The notes: generated from the letters alone by a model not told the origin. A DNA stretch of 63,796 nt, filler included, from an uncultured bacterium (GCA_964429075.1; 17 parts of 17 records of this genome joined end to end with filler, not necessarily neighbours in it); one strand, 5' to 3'. Shown: positions 42,491 to 52,966, numbered from the whole stretch's first letter. Numbers and translations: made by a program.

Positions 42491-43981
42491 CTACCTCCTT
42501 CTCCAGCGCCAGTTACTCAATACATCTCTGTTTGCATCTGGTCCTGTGGCAACCTCTCTATTATTCATTGTTTCCAGCTCAAATATACATGCTGCAATGA
42601 CAGCAGGTATAAGGTATCTACCTTCGTCTTCCGTTATAAGCTCCTGAAATCTATCTTCAACAAACCTTGTATTATAATTACCTTCAATAAAGTCTTTGTG
42701 TTCAACCACACGTTTTAAAAAGCTGACATTTGTTTTTATACCTTTTATAACAAACTCGCCAAGACATCTCTTTGCCCTGATCAGTGCCTCTTTTCTGTCT
42801 CTCCCCCAGCAGGACATTTTAGCAATGATTGGGTCATACTCTACAGGACAGATACTCCCTGAAGCCACACCAGAATCCACACGAACAAAGATACCTGTAG
42901 GTTCCCTATAATAATTTATTTTGCCTGCAGATGGTAAAAAACCACTTTTTGGGTCCTCTGCGTAAATTCTTGTCTCTACTGCATGTCCCCATCTTTTTAT
43001 TTCTGACTGTGTATATGAGATTGACTGACCTGCTCCAATCCTCAGCTGTTCTTTTACTATGTCGATACCGGTTGTCATCTCAGTAATAGGGTGTTCAACC
43101 TGAAGCCTTGTATTCATCTCAAGAAAATAGAAGTTCTGTTCACTATCCACAATGAATTCAACTGTTCCAGCACCCACATAACCAACCTTTTTGGCAAGAT
43201 CAACTGCAGCCTGACATATCTTTTGCCTTGTATCGTCATTGATAAATGGTGATGGAGTCTCTTCAACAATCTTTTGATAGCGTCTCTGTATAGAACACTC
43301 CCTCTCAAATAGATGTATTACATTACCTCTCTGGTCGCCGAGGATCTGTATCTCTATGTGGTGAGGATCCTTGATAAATTTTTCTATATAGATCGCATCG
43401 TTTCCAAAGGCTTTTTTTGCCTCACTCATTGCCCGTTCCAGTGCATCCTTCAGTTGTCTGTGATCTTCCACAATCCGCATGCCTTTTCCGCCGCCTCCCA
43501 TGGATGCCTTTAGAAGGATTGGATAACCTATCTCATTTGCCTTTTTAAGTGCCTCCTTCAGATCCATTATCGGTCTTTTTGTGCCTGGAACCACACAGAG
43601 TCCTGCAGACTCTGCAACCATTCTTGATTCGATCTTCTTGCCCATAAGCTCGATAACCTCTGGCGATGGGCCTATAAAGACAAGACCGGCCTCTGTGACA
43701 GCCCTTACAAATTCAGGATTCTCAGACAGAAAACCATAACCCGGGTGGATTGCCTCAGCTTTGCTCTTTTTTGCTGCCCAGATTATCCTGTCTATATCAA
43801 GATAACTCTTTGAAGGCTCAGGCTCGCCAATCTCGATTGCAAAGTCTGCATAACGGGTATGTAGTGAAGTTCTATCTACTTTTGAAAAGACTGCAACACT
43901 CTCAATACCCATCTCTCTCAGGGTGCGCATAATCCTTATGGCTATTTCACCTCTATTTGCAACAAGGACTCTTTTGAACAT
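42491..43981 (-). CDS. accC: Biotin carboxylase subunit (acetyl/propionyl-CoA carboxylase)
   Basis: ANRGEIA, HPGYGFLSEN, GGGGKGM, RECSIQRR, EMNTRLQVEH and RVDSG motifs. Confidence 0.93.
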   Translation of the reverse strand: MFKRVLVANRGEIAIRIMRTLREMGIESVAVFSKVDRTSLHTRYADFAIEIGEPEPSKSYLDIDRIIWAAKKSKAEAIHPGYGFLSENPEFVRAVTEAGLVFIGPSPEVIELMGKKIESRMVAESAGLCVVPGTKRPIMDLKEALKKANEIGYPILLKASMGGGGKGMRIVEDHRQLKDALERAMSEAKKAFGNDAIYIEKFIKDPHHIEIQILGDQRGNVIHLFERECSIQRRYQKIVEETPSPFINDDTRQKICQAAVDLAKKVGYVGAGTVEFIVDSEQNFYFLEMNTRLQVEHPITEMTTGIDIVKEQLRIGAGQSISYTQSEIKRWGHAVETRIYAEDPKSGFLPSAGKINYYREPTGIFVRVDSGVASGSICPVEYDPIIAKMSCWGRDRKEALIRAKRCLGEFVIKGIKTNVSFLKRVVEHKDFIEGNYNTRFVEDRFQELITEDEGRYLIPAVIAACIFELETMNNREVATGPDANRDVLSNWRWRRR

Positions 43982-44015
43982 GGCCTCTTTTAGATATTAC
44001 AGTATATGTAAATAT

Positions 44016-44150
44016 TCAAGTTATTGTCATTTTAATCAGCAAGACCAGCCTCTTTCTTACATCTTCATAATCCGGATCTATTGCAACTATACGTTGTGAC
44101 TATGTAATCCCGGGGGCAATCTTTATCATCTTCCAGAATCTGAATGACAT
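44016..44150 (-). pseudogene. Internally deleted remnant of a DUF4236 + TPR gene
   Basis: MSFRFWKMIKIAPGIT* followed in frame by SQRIVAIDPDYEDVRKRL: a DUF4236-like N-terminus abutting a TPR-like C-terminus. Confidence 0.6.
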
Positions 44151-44268
44151 AGGATACAGAAATTGTGTAAAACATATATTTAGTTAATGCAACTATGGTA
44201 ACATTCTGTTGACAATTTGTATTTAAAAAGTATAAGGCTTATATCTAACGATAGAAGTTCTAAAAGTT

Positions 44269-45437
44269 ATGAATTCTGTCTATATAAAAACCTTTGGCTG
44301 TCAGATGAATGTTGTTGATTCAAAAAGGATGCTTCAGGTCCTTATAAAAGAGGGGTTCATCCCTGCTGAGGGTCCTGAAGATGCAGATGTTATAATTGTA
44401 AATACCTGCAGTGTAAGGGAAAAGCCAGAAAAAAAGGTAACATCTGAACTTGGTAGACTAAGATTCTACAAAGATAAAAATAACGGCCTTCTCGGTATGG
44501 CAGGCTGTGTTAGTGTAAGTTCTGGAAAGAGGATATTTGAAAGATTGAGCTATCTTGATTTTGTTATTGGTCCTGAATCTATTCAACAACTGCCTGATAT
44601 AATTGAGCGTGCAAGAAGGGGAGAGAGGGTAATAGAGCTTGATTCTGGTACAAATGACTCCTTCATAGCCTTTGATCCATCTCTTATAAGGCCTTCTGTT
44701 ACATCTTTTGTAACGGTAATGAAAGGGTGTGACAATTTTTGCAGTTACTGTATCGTACCATACACCCGTGGAAGAGAAAAAAGTCGGCCTGTAGATTCTA
44801 TTATTAATGAGATTAAAAGGCTTGCTAATTCTGGAGTCAAAGAGGTCACCCTTGTAGGTCAAAATGTTAATTCATACAGATATATTGATGAAGTGAGAAA
44901 AAAGAGAATCAGATTTTCAGACCTGTTGAAGATGGTGGCAGAGATAGATGGTATTGAGCGGATTAGATTTGTCACTTCTCACCCAAAAGATTTTACCGAC
45001 GATATCATAGATGTCGTTGCATCAGATCCAAAGTTTGCAAGGTATATTCATCTGCCAATACAGTCAGGTTCTGATAGGATACTGGAGCTGATGAATCGAA
45101 GGTATACTGTGTCACATTATCTTGACAGAATTGACACTCTGAGGGGAAAGATTTCCGATATTGCTATTTCTTCAGACTTTATTGTTGGTTTTCCAGGAGA
45201 GACAATAGAGGATTTCGAACAGACCCTTGCTGTTGTAAAGAGGGTTGAGTATGACTCTGCATACTCATTTGCATATTCAGAAAGACCTGGTACAAAGGCT
45301 GTCATGCTACCTGACCCTGTACCAAAAGATGAGAGATTAAGGAGACTTTCTGTACTTCAGGGACTGCTTAGAGAGAAGATCCTCAATAAAAACAAGATGA
45401 TGGTGGGTAAAAGGGTAAGGGTTCTTGTGGAAGGTCG
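44269..45437 (+). CDS. miaB: tRNA-2-methylthio-N6-isopentenyladenosine synthase (3' truncated)
   Basis: TFGCQMNVVDS, NTCSVRE, GCDNFCSYCIVPYTRG, GQNVNSY, TSHP and IVGFPGET motifs. Confidence 0.95.
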
Positions 45438-45537
45438 NNNNNNNNNNNNNNNNNNNNNNNNNNNNNNNNNNNNNNNNNNNNTTAATTAATTAANNNNNNN
45501 NNNNNNNNNNNNNNNNNNNNNNNNNNNNNNNNNNNNN

Positions 45538-45971
45538 ATACTATCTTTCATAAGATTTTCAATAAACCTTTTAGATGCCTCATAACCAAATACCTTAAAG
45601 ATAACACCACAAAGGGCCTCAAAGATATCAGACTTGATGGATTTTGTAAGCCTTACATTTGGATTTTCCTTTTTGTATAACTCAAAGAGATTTAACCTGT
45701 CGAACATCATTGAGAGTTTATCCTGATTTACAAGTATAGAACGCATTATAGTAAAATCACCCTCATTGCAGTTTTTGTAATATTTGGTCAAAACATCTGT
45801 AAGAACAAGTTCTATCACTGCATCTCCAACAAATTCAAGTACTTCATAGGATTTCTCTTTGGGCCAATCTCCCCTGTGTCTGAATGCCTGATAGAGTAGA
45901 GATGGAATGGATCTTCTTTTGCCGGTTATTTTTTCAATTCTCTTCCAGAGGTCTGCATAGGAGCCTTGCAT
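45538..45971 (-). CDS. rnc: Ribonuclease III domain protein (divergent, 3' truncated)
   Basis: YEVLEFVGDAV signature variant, EGDFT.MRS.LV and SDIFEALCG. Confidence 0.75.
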
Positions 45972-47175
45972 CCTCTACTCCAATCGATAATGCCTTTAAT
46001 ATTCCCTTCTTCTCAAAATTACCATAAAGTTTGCATCTTACAAATTCTGATGATGTCCCCAACCAGTAACCGTTCTGTCTCTTTTCTGGTATAACCTCAA
46101 TCACTCGTTTAATCGTTCTTTTTAATAGCTCGTAACGTCTTTTGTTGGAAAACCTTAACAGGTATCTTTTTCTTTCATTCAGCTCTCTTTGATTGTATAG
46201 TGGTTTGATATTTGCCGCAGGGGTCATGGGCCTTCTGGAATATGTAAACACATGGAGGTAATCTATTGGACTCTTGTTGAGATTTTGTAAGGTTTCAATG
46301 AAGGCATTTTCGTCTTCTGTTGGGAAACCAACAATAATATCCGCACCAATGGTTATATTACTGTCTATCTTTTTTATTTCTATAAGCAGATCCAGAATCT
46401 GTCTGGATGTATAGTCCCTTTTCATGTCAAAAAGGATCTTATCAGATAGGCTCTGGATAGCAAAGTGGATGTGTCGGCATAATCCTTTTCCCATCAGGTT
46501 TAGGATTGAGAAGTCAAAGTTGTAGGGCTCGAGCGAAGATAGTCTGAAACGGACACCATCAAAGGTACTACAGAGACATTCCAGAAGTTCGTATATTCTA
46601 CCATCATCATTTTTAAAAGATGAAAGATCTGTGCCTGTAAGTACGATCTCATTAGCACCATCTATAACAAACTTTTTAACATCTTTTAGAATATCTGAAG
46701 TTGTTCTTGAGAAGGATTTTCCCCTGACAAAAGGAACTATACAGTAAGTGCAGTAGCGTGAACAACCTTCCTGTATCACAACAGAGGGCCTCTTTTTATT
46801 ACTTTCTGGTGGTTTCTGAGAAGTTTTGTCATGATAGATAAGATCCCGTATTTTATCTATGATTGTATTTATCTTTTTCTGGCCAATTTCATGTAATATA
46901 ATCGTTCCGTCAGGTAAAGGTGATTCAGGATTTCTGACCATACATCCGCATAAAATAATGTGCTTAGAACCATTTCTTTTTTCTCTGTATATAATCTGTC
47001 TGGTACTTCTGTCTGCACGGTGTGTAACAGTGCAGGAATTAATTACCACAACCTTTGCAGTCTCCTGCTGATCAAAGGTTGTTGTATATCCAAGACTGCT
47101 GAGCCTTTTTGAAATAGCAAGAAGCTCTGCCTGATTTGTTCTGCAGCCGATGTTAAGTAGTTTTACATCAATCAT
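45934..47175 (-). CDS. mtaB: Radical SAM methylthiotransferase, MtaB-like
   Basis: GCRTNQAE, NSCTVT, QEGCSRYCTYC, RLSSLEP, ADIIVGFPTE and HVFTYS motifs. Confidence 0.8.
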   Translation of the reverse strand: MIDVKLLNIGCRTNQAELLAISKRLSSLGYTTTFDQQETAKVVVINSCTVTHRADRSTRQIIYREKRNGSKHIILCGCMVRNPESPLPDGTIILHEIGQKKINTIIDKIRDLIYHDKTSQKPPESNKKRPSVVIQEGCSRYCTYCIVPFVRGKSFSRTTSDILKDVKKFVIDGANEIVLTGTDLSSFKNDDGRIYELLECLCSTFDGVRFRLSSLEPYNFDFSILNLMGKGLCRHIHFAIQSLSDKILFDMKRDYTSRQILDLLIEIKKIDSNITIGADIIVGFPTEDENAFIETLQNLNKSPIDYLHVFTYSRRPMTPAANIKPLYNQRELNERKRYLLRFSNKRRYELLKRTIKRVIEVIPEKRQNGYWLGTSSEFVRCKLYGNFEKKGILKALSIGVEDARLLCRPLEEN

Positions 47176-48226
47176 AAATCCAGCCACCTCCTACAACTGC
47201 ACCATCTTCTGTGTAAAAAACAGCAGCCTGGCCTGGTGTAATGGCCTCCATTTCTTTTTCAAGAACAACAAGTACCTTTGTTTTATAGAAACTGATCTTG
47301 CATGGAGATGGTGTTGACAGATATCTAATCTTTACATAGAGATTTTTTTGTTGCATCGGGTCTAAATACCACTGATATCCCTTTATTGTAAAAGTCTTTC
47401 TTTTCAGGTCACTCTTTGTACCCACAATAATGTCAGTACCCACCTTTTTAATTACATAAAGTGGCTTTGGTGAGGCGATCCCGATTCCCTTTCTCTGACC
47501 AATCGTATATTTCATATAACAGGGATGTTCACCAAGTATATTACCATCTTTGTCCCTAATCTTTCCTGAAAAATCTATATTACATTTTTCAATTCTTTCA
47601 ATTATATATTCCCAGTAATTTTTTTTACCAACAAAACATATCTCCCGGCTTTCTCGTTTGTCTCTTACTGGAAGGCCATGATCCATTGCAATCTCTCTCA
47701 CCTTTTTCTTTGTTAGATACCCAAGAGGAAATAGTATCTTATCAAGGCTGGTAATTGGAATATTGAACAAAAAGTATGATTGATCTCTCGTTTTGTCTAT
47801 ACCTTTATAGACTGTCTTTTTACCATTCTTTTTCTCGATTCGTGCATAATGGCCTGTTGCAAGATAGGTACATCCAAATTTCTCTGCGATCGAAACAAGA
47901 TGGGTAAACTTGAGTCTTTCATTACAAACAATACATGGATTGGGAGTCCTATTGTTTATATATTCATTAATAAAGGACTGTATCACCTCACTATCAAATA
48001 GATCTCGCATGTCAATAATATAGTGTTTTATACCAATATAGTCAGCTGTTGTTCTTGCATCCTCCATATCTTTTGGGCTGCAGCATCCTCTAATAGAGCA
48101 ATCAGAATCGTAAAGATGCATGGTTACACCAATAACCTCATATCCTTTCTGTTTGAGCAGAAGGGCTGCCACAGAACTATCTACTCCACCACTCATGGCT
48201 ACAAGGACTCTCTTTATACCCACCAT
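47168..48226 (-). CDS. mnmA: tRNA 2-thiouridylase
   Basis: AMSGGVDSS, GCC, TPNPCIVCN, ATGHYA, DQSYFL, TIGQRKG and TPGQAAV motifs. Confidence 0.96.
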   Translation of the reverse strand: MVGIKRVLVAMSGGVDSSVAALLLKQKGYEVIGVTMHLYDSDCSIRGCCSPKDMEDARTTADYIGIKHYIIDMRDLFDSEVIQSFINEYINNRTPNPCIVCNERLKFTHLVSIAEKFGCTYLATGHYARIEKKNGKKTVYKGIDKTRDQSYFLFNIPITSLDKILFPLGYLTKKKVREIAMDHGLPVRDKRESREICFVGKKNYWEYIIERIEKCNIDFSGKIRDKDGNILGEHPCYMKYTIGQRKGIGIASPKPLYVIKKVGTDIIVGTKSDLKRKTFTIKGYQWYLDPMQQKNLYVKIRYLSTPSPCKISFYKTKVLVVLEKEMEAITPGQAAVFYTEDGAVVGGGWIYD

Positions 48227-49154
48227 CTTGAAGCAATATCTATTATCTTTTGTGCTACCTCTTCTATGCTATCCCTGGATATATTGGTATCAAGACAAAA
48301 ACGAATACAGGAGCGTGCCACCTCATAACTCAACCCGAAATTTAAAAGGCCTGCAGAAGGCTCAGAGGAACCTGATGAACAGGCAGTACCATAGCTTGCC
48401 ATAATCCCCTCTATATCGAGTGCCATCTGGAGACTCTGTCCATCTATATCTTTGAAACAGCAACATGATGTACCAGCTACTCTATCCAGATCCTTTCCTA
48501 TGATGGTTATTCTGTCATTTGAAAGCCTCTCAAGAAGGCCTTCAAAGACATCCCTTATTGCCTTTAAATCTTTTAGACGTTTTTCAAGAGGCATCTGTAA
48601 TCTTGCAGCCATATTACATAAGATAAACAGCTCGTTGTCATATGTAAATTCATCCAGAATTTCAACAAGAAAATTCAGCGGTCCATCTCTTTTGATCTTG
48701 ATCAGTCCAATGCCGGATGGTGCGTGGAATTTATGAGGAGAAAATATAATACAATCTGGCTTACTTGCATTGCCTTTATCAATGATTAATTTCCCTGCTG
48801 CCTGTATGCCATCACATATAAATAGGGTGTTGTATTTTTTACATAGATCTGCGATTTTTTCTACAGGGAAGATGATCCCTGTCTCTGCATGGACCCATGT
48901 GTTAAAAAAGATATCCACATCCTCTTTTAAAATATCTTCTATTTCTTTTAGTGGATGAAAGTCATTTATGTTAGGGTTGTATATCTTTATTTTTACATCA
49001 AAATTTGTTGCAATAAATTTTATAAGATTTCTTATATATGCATGTTCTACTGATGAAAATGCCATTGTTAATTTTTTCTTTGAATGTCTTATAAGATTTA
49101 TCAGTGTAATATAGATTGCCAGTGATCCTGATTCGCAATATAAAAGAATGTCAT
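48214..49154 (-). CDS. Divergent cysteine desulfurase (IscS/NifS-like), 5' truncated
   Basis: EH, ETG, DGIQ, SPHKFH (PLP Lys), GTACSSG (catalytic Cys) and IRF; overlaps the mnmA start. Confidence 0.8.
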
Positions 49155-49254
49155 NNNNNNNNNNNNNNNNNNNNNNNNNNNNNNNNNNNNNNNNNNNNTT
49201 AATTAATTAANNNNNNNNNNNNNNNNNNNNNNNNNNNNNNNNNNNNNNNNNNNN

Positions 49255-49328
49255 TAAAAACAAAAGAGGAGTATATGAGGATAAGGGGGAAATTAAAAGA
49301 AGGAGAGGGCGATGATAGATCTGAGTAA
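49255..49328 (+). CDS. rpsE: C-terminal end of ribosomal protein S5
   Basis: Frame from 49257 reads KTKEEYMRIRGKLKEGEGDDRSE*, resembling the S5 C-terminal 'xxxEExxxxRGK' helix, in spc-operon position. Confidence 0.65.
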
Positions 49329-49755
49329 TCTTACCTATGCGCCAGGTTCTAAGAAGAACCGTAAAAGGGTTGGAAGAGGACATGGAAATGGTAGAGGTCG
49401 TACCTGTGGAAGAGGTACAAAGGGACAGAATGCAAGGACAGGCCATAAAAATTTTCCTGGTTTTGAAGGTGGTCAGATGCCTCTTTATCGCAGATTACCA
49501 AAGAGGGGCTTTAAAAATATAAACAGGATTGAGTATACTATTTTAAACGTTAAAGATCTTGAACATTTTGCCAGAGATGGTGTTATAAATCCTGAAATTC
49601 TTCTGGAAAAGGGAGTCTTAAAGAAAACAAAACCGCTTTTAAAGATACTTGGCGAGGGAGAAATAAGGACCGCCTTAAAGGTATCGGCACATAAATTTTC
49701 TAAATCAGCAATAGAGAAGATTCAGTCTGCTGGAGGTTCGGTGGAGATTATCTAA
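49312..49755 (+). CDS. rplO: 50S ribosomal protein L15
   Basis: RVGRGHGNG.G.TCGRG.KGQ.AR, FEGGQMPLYRRLPKRGF and KILGEG motifs. Confidence 0.98.
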   Translation: MIDLSNLTYAPGSKKNRKRVGRGHGNGRGRTCGRGTKGQNARTGHKNFPGFEGGQMPLYRRLPKRGFKNINRIEYTILNVKDLEHFARDGVINPEILLEKGVLKKTKPLLKILGEGEIRTALKVSAHKFSKSAIEKIQSAGGSVEII

Positions 49756-51071
49756 TGGCATCTGCAGTTTCAAGTCTTACAAAGTTACCGGAGCTTAAGA
49801 AGAGGTTGACCTTTACTGTCCTTGCCCTTGCAGTTTATAGACTTGCTATATTTATTACAGTCCCTGGCGTTGACAGGGTAGTTATGGAGAAGATAATAAA
49901 GAGTGCCTCTGGCACACTCTTTGGCCTATTTAACATGTTTTCAGGTGGTGCCCTTCAGAAGATGTCAGTACTGGCCTTAGGGATAATGCCTTACATCAGC
50001 TCTTCTATCATAATGTCTCTTTTGACTGTTGCAATTCCCTCTCTTGAAGAGCTAAAAAAAGAAGGCCATTATGGGATGCAAAAGATCAATCAGTATACCC
50101 GTTACGGTACCATACTTATATGCCTGATACAGGGTATTGGTATGTCCTTTTATCTTGAATCGTTAAAATCCGGCATTGGAGAACCCGTTGTACTAAATCC
50201 CGGCTGGGGATTCAGACTCCTTACAGTATTAACTCTTACTACCGGTAGTATCTTTGTAATGTGGCTTGGTGAGCAGATAACAGAATATGGAATTGGCAAT
50301 GGAATATCACTTATAATCTTTGCCGGTATTGTAGCAAGGGCACCAGATGCATTCTTTAATACTGTATCCCTTGCCAAACAGGGTATTTTAAGTCCATTTC
50401 GGCTTGCTATCATTGCCTTTATTATTATTTTTGTAATCGGAATAATTGTCTTTTTTGAGAGGGCACACCGCAGGATCCCCATACAGTATGCAAAACGTGT
50501 AGTCGGTAGAAGTGTAGTTGGTGGCCAGATGTCACATCTTCCAATAAAGCTAAATTCTGCTGGTGTTATTCCACCAATCTTTGCCTCGTCCTTATTGATG
50601 CTCCCTGCCACGCTTGCAAATTTTATTAATGCCACATGGATGAGCGATATAAAATCGCTGTTACAGCCCGGTAGCCTTTTATATATGACACTCTATGTAA
50701 TCCTTATAGTATTTTTTACATTCTTTTATACAGCAGTTGTCTTCAATCCAAAGGAGGTTGCAGAGAATCTGCAGAAGTGGGGTGGCTACATCCCAGGTAT
50801 CCGTCCTGGGAATAGCACAGCAGAATACATAGACAAGGTCCTTGCCCGTGTCACTTTTGTCGGATCAATCTATCTTTCGGCTGTATGTGTATTGCCCTCT
50901 ATTTTGATAACAAACCTAAATGTTCCTTTTTACTTCGGTGGTACATCACTTCTTATTGTTGTAGGTGTTGCGCTCGATACGATTCAGCAGATTGAAGGAT
51001 ACCTAATCTCACATCATTATGATGGTTTTACAGGTCCTGGCGGTGTCAGGATCAGAGGTAGAAAAAGATAA
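49755..51071 (+). CDS. secY: Preprotein translocase SecY
   Basis: LGIMPYI, WLGEQIT..GIGNGISL, GVIPPIFA, IPGIRPG and GGTSLLIVV motifs. Confidence 0.98.
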   Translation: MASAVSSLTKLPELKKRLTFTVLALAVYRLAIFITVPGVDRVVMEKIIKSASGTLFGLFNMFSGGALQKMSVLALGIMPYISSSIIMSLLTVAIPSLEELKKEGHYGMQKINQYTRYGTILICLIQGIGMSFYLESLKSGIGEPVVLNPGWGFRLLTVLTLTTGSIFVMWLGEQITEYGIGNGISLIIFAGIVARAPDAFFNTVSLAKQGILSPFRLAIIAFIIIFVIGIIVFFERAHRRIPIQYAKRVVGRSVVGGQMSHLPIKLNSAGVIPPIFASSLLMLPATLANFINATWMSDIKSLLQPGSLLYMTLYVILIVFFTFFYTAVVFNPKEVAENLQKWGGYIPGIRPGNSTAEYIDKVLARVTFVGSIYLSAVCVLPSILITNLNVPFYFGGTSLLIVVGVALDTIQQIEGYLISHHYDGFTGPGGVRIRGRKR

Positions 51072-51104
51072 TCCAGAGTTTTTTAGATTCTTCAGGAGGA
51101 AAAG

Positions 51105-51779
51105 ATGTTAAACATGCTTTTGCTTGGTGCACCAGGTGCTGGAAAAGGAACACAGGCTGAGAGATTGAAGAAAAGACTTAAGCTATACCATCTTTCTACT
51201 GGTGATATACTTAGAGATGCTGTAAAAAAAGGAACTACTCTTGGCAAAAAGGCAAAAGAGTTTATGGACAGAGGTGAATTGGTGCCGGATCAGATTATCC
51301 TTGATATGGTAAAGGAGGTCATTGAGCAGAAGGTAAAAAAAGATAGTTCCCTGCAAGGCTTTCTCTACGATGGATTTCCACGTACTATCCATCAGGCAGA
51401 GGGTCTCGATTTAATGCTTGCTGATAGAAAAGAACAGGTTGATGTGGCTATATACATAGAAGTAGATAGAGATACAGTACTCAAACGAATTTCAGGTCGA
51501 AGGACCTGTAGCAGCTGTGGTGCCCTTTACAATGTGTACTTCAAACCGCCAGAGAAAGAAGGAATATGTGATATCTGTGGTGCAGAACTGTATACAAGAG
51601 AAGATGACAACAAAAAGACAGTAATCAATAGATTCGACACCTATATCAAAAACACAATGCCACTTATCAGATACTATGAAGAAAAGGACAAACTGATGCG
51701 GGTTGAGGGAAAATCAACTCCAGATGAGGTCTTTGAACAAATAATTAAGACACTCGATAAAAGGTTTAATATTAAATGA
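51105..51779 (+). CDS. adk: Adenylate kinase (zinc lid)
   Basis: GAPGAGKGTQA, STGDILR, DGFPR and CSSC...CDIC lid. Confidence 0.98.
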   Translation: MLNMLLLGAPGAGKGTQAERLKKRLKLYHLSTGDILRDAVKKGTTLGKKAKEFMDRGELVPDQIILDMVKEVIEQKVKKDSSLQGFLYDGFPRTIHQAEGLDLMLADRKEQVDVAIYIEVDRDTVLKRISGRRTCSSCGALYNVYFKPPEKEGICDICGAELYTREDDNKKTVINRFDTYIKNTMPLIRYYEEKDKLMRVEGKSTPDEVFEQIIKTLDKRFNIK

Positions 51780-52525
51780 TAAGAATAAAAAATCGAGATG
51801 AACTGGCCAGGATGCGTGATGCAGGTAGATTACTTGCAGAAATCTTTAAGATGCTTGAAGAGTTAATAAGACCCGGAGTCGATACATTAACAATTGATCA
51901 ATATGTACACAGATGGATTACAAAGATGGGAGCAGAGCCGGCCTTTCTGGGATACAGAGGCTATCCTGCAACTATCTGTGCTTCTCCGAACAATGTGGTT
52001 GTTCATGGAATACCTGCAAAGGATGTAATACTGAGGGATGGAGATATCATTGGTATTGATATAGGACTGAGGTATATGGGTGTTTTTTCTGACAGTGCAA
52101 GGACCTATGCAGTTGGTAGTATAGATGATACAAGTAAAAGGCTTCTTGAAGTAACAGAGAATGCGCTTAAAAAAGGTATTAATGTGTTAAGTGAAGGTAA
52201 AAGGCTGGGTGAATTGAGCAACACCATACAAAGATTTATTGAAGAGAGGGGGCTTTCAGTAGTACGTGATTTTGTTGGTCATGGAATAGGCATTGAACTT
52301 CATGAAGACCCCATGGTACCAAATTATGGTGATCCAAAGAGTGGACCAATCCTGCAGGTGGGTATGACCCTTGCTATAGAACCTATGGTAAATGTTGGAA
52401 GTTATGAAGTAGAGGTACTTGATGATGGGTGGACCGTTGTAACAAAAGATGGGAAACGTTCAGCACATTTTGAACACACTGTAGCTATCACAGAAAATGG
52501 GGTTGAAATATTTACTGAAATTTAG
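51776..52525 (+). CDS. map: Methionine aminopeptidase type I
   Basis: VVHGIP, DIG, DSART, GHGIG..LHEDP, AIEPM and SAHFEHT motifs. Confidence 0.98.
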   Translation: MIRIKNRDELARMRDAGRLLAEIFKMLEELIRPGVDTLTIDQYVHRWITKMGAEPAFLGYRGYPATICASPNNVVVHGIPAKDVILRDGDIIGIDIGLRYMGVFSDSARTYAVGSIDDTSKRLLEVTENALKKGINVLSEGKRLGELSNTIQRFIEERGLSVVRDFVGHGIGIELHEDPMVPNYGDPKSGPILQVGMTLAIEPMVNVGSYEVEVLDDGWTVVTKDGKRSAHFEHTVAITENGVEIFTEI

Positions 52526-52555
52526 TATTAAAAGGGAACTTTATAATGGAGAGTT

Positions 52556-52774
52556 ATGTCAAAAGAAGATGCAATAGAGGTTGAAGGTACTATAGTAGAG
52601 ACACTACCTAACGCAATGTTTAGAGTCAGGCTGGATAATGGACATATGGTTCTTGCTCATGTGTCTGGCAAGATGAGGATGTATTATATAAAGATTCTGC
52701 CCGGTGACAGGGTAACTGTTGAGCTAAGTCCATATGATCTTTCAAGAGGAAGAATAATCTTTAGAGAAAAATAG
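52556..52774 (+). CDS. infA: Translation initiation factor IF-1
   Basis: [11 protein letters not shown]...LPNAMFRV...SGKMR...[10 protein letters not shown]. Confidence 0.98.
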   Translation: MSKEDAIEVEGTIVETLPNAMFRVRLDNGHMVLAHVSGKMRMYYIKILPGDRVTVELSPYDLSRGRIIFREK

Positions 52775-52785
52775 GGAGATTACCA

Positions 52786-52866
52786 ATGAAGGTAAGGGTT
52801 TCTGTAAAAAAGATCTGTAACGATTGCAAGATAATAAAAAGAAAGGGCGTAGTCAGAGTAATCTGT
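52786..52866 (+). CDS. rpmJ: 50S ribosomal protein L36 (3' truncated)
   Basis: [33 protein letters not shown]. Confidence 0.95.
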
Positions 52867-52966
52867 NNNNNNNNNNNNNNNNNNNNNNNNNNNNNNNNNN
52901 NNNNNNNNNNTTAATTAATTAANNNNNNNNNNNNNNNNNNNNNNNNNNNNNNNNNNNNNNNNNNNN

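Noticed and set aside
44100..44102. In-frame TAG as possible pyrrolysine or readthrough
   Set aside because: It sits at the junction of a deleted gene remnant, and TAG is a normal stop elsewhere (ade, accC, infA).
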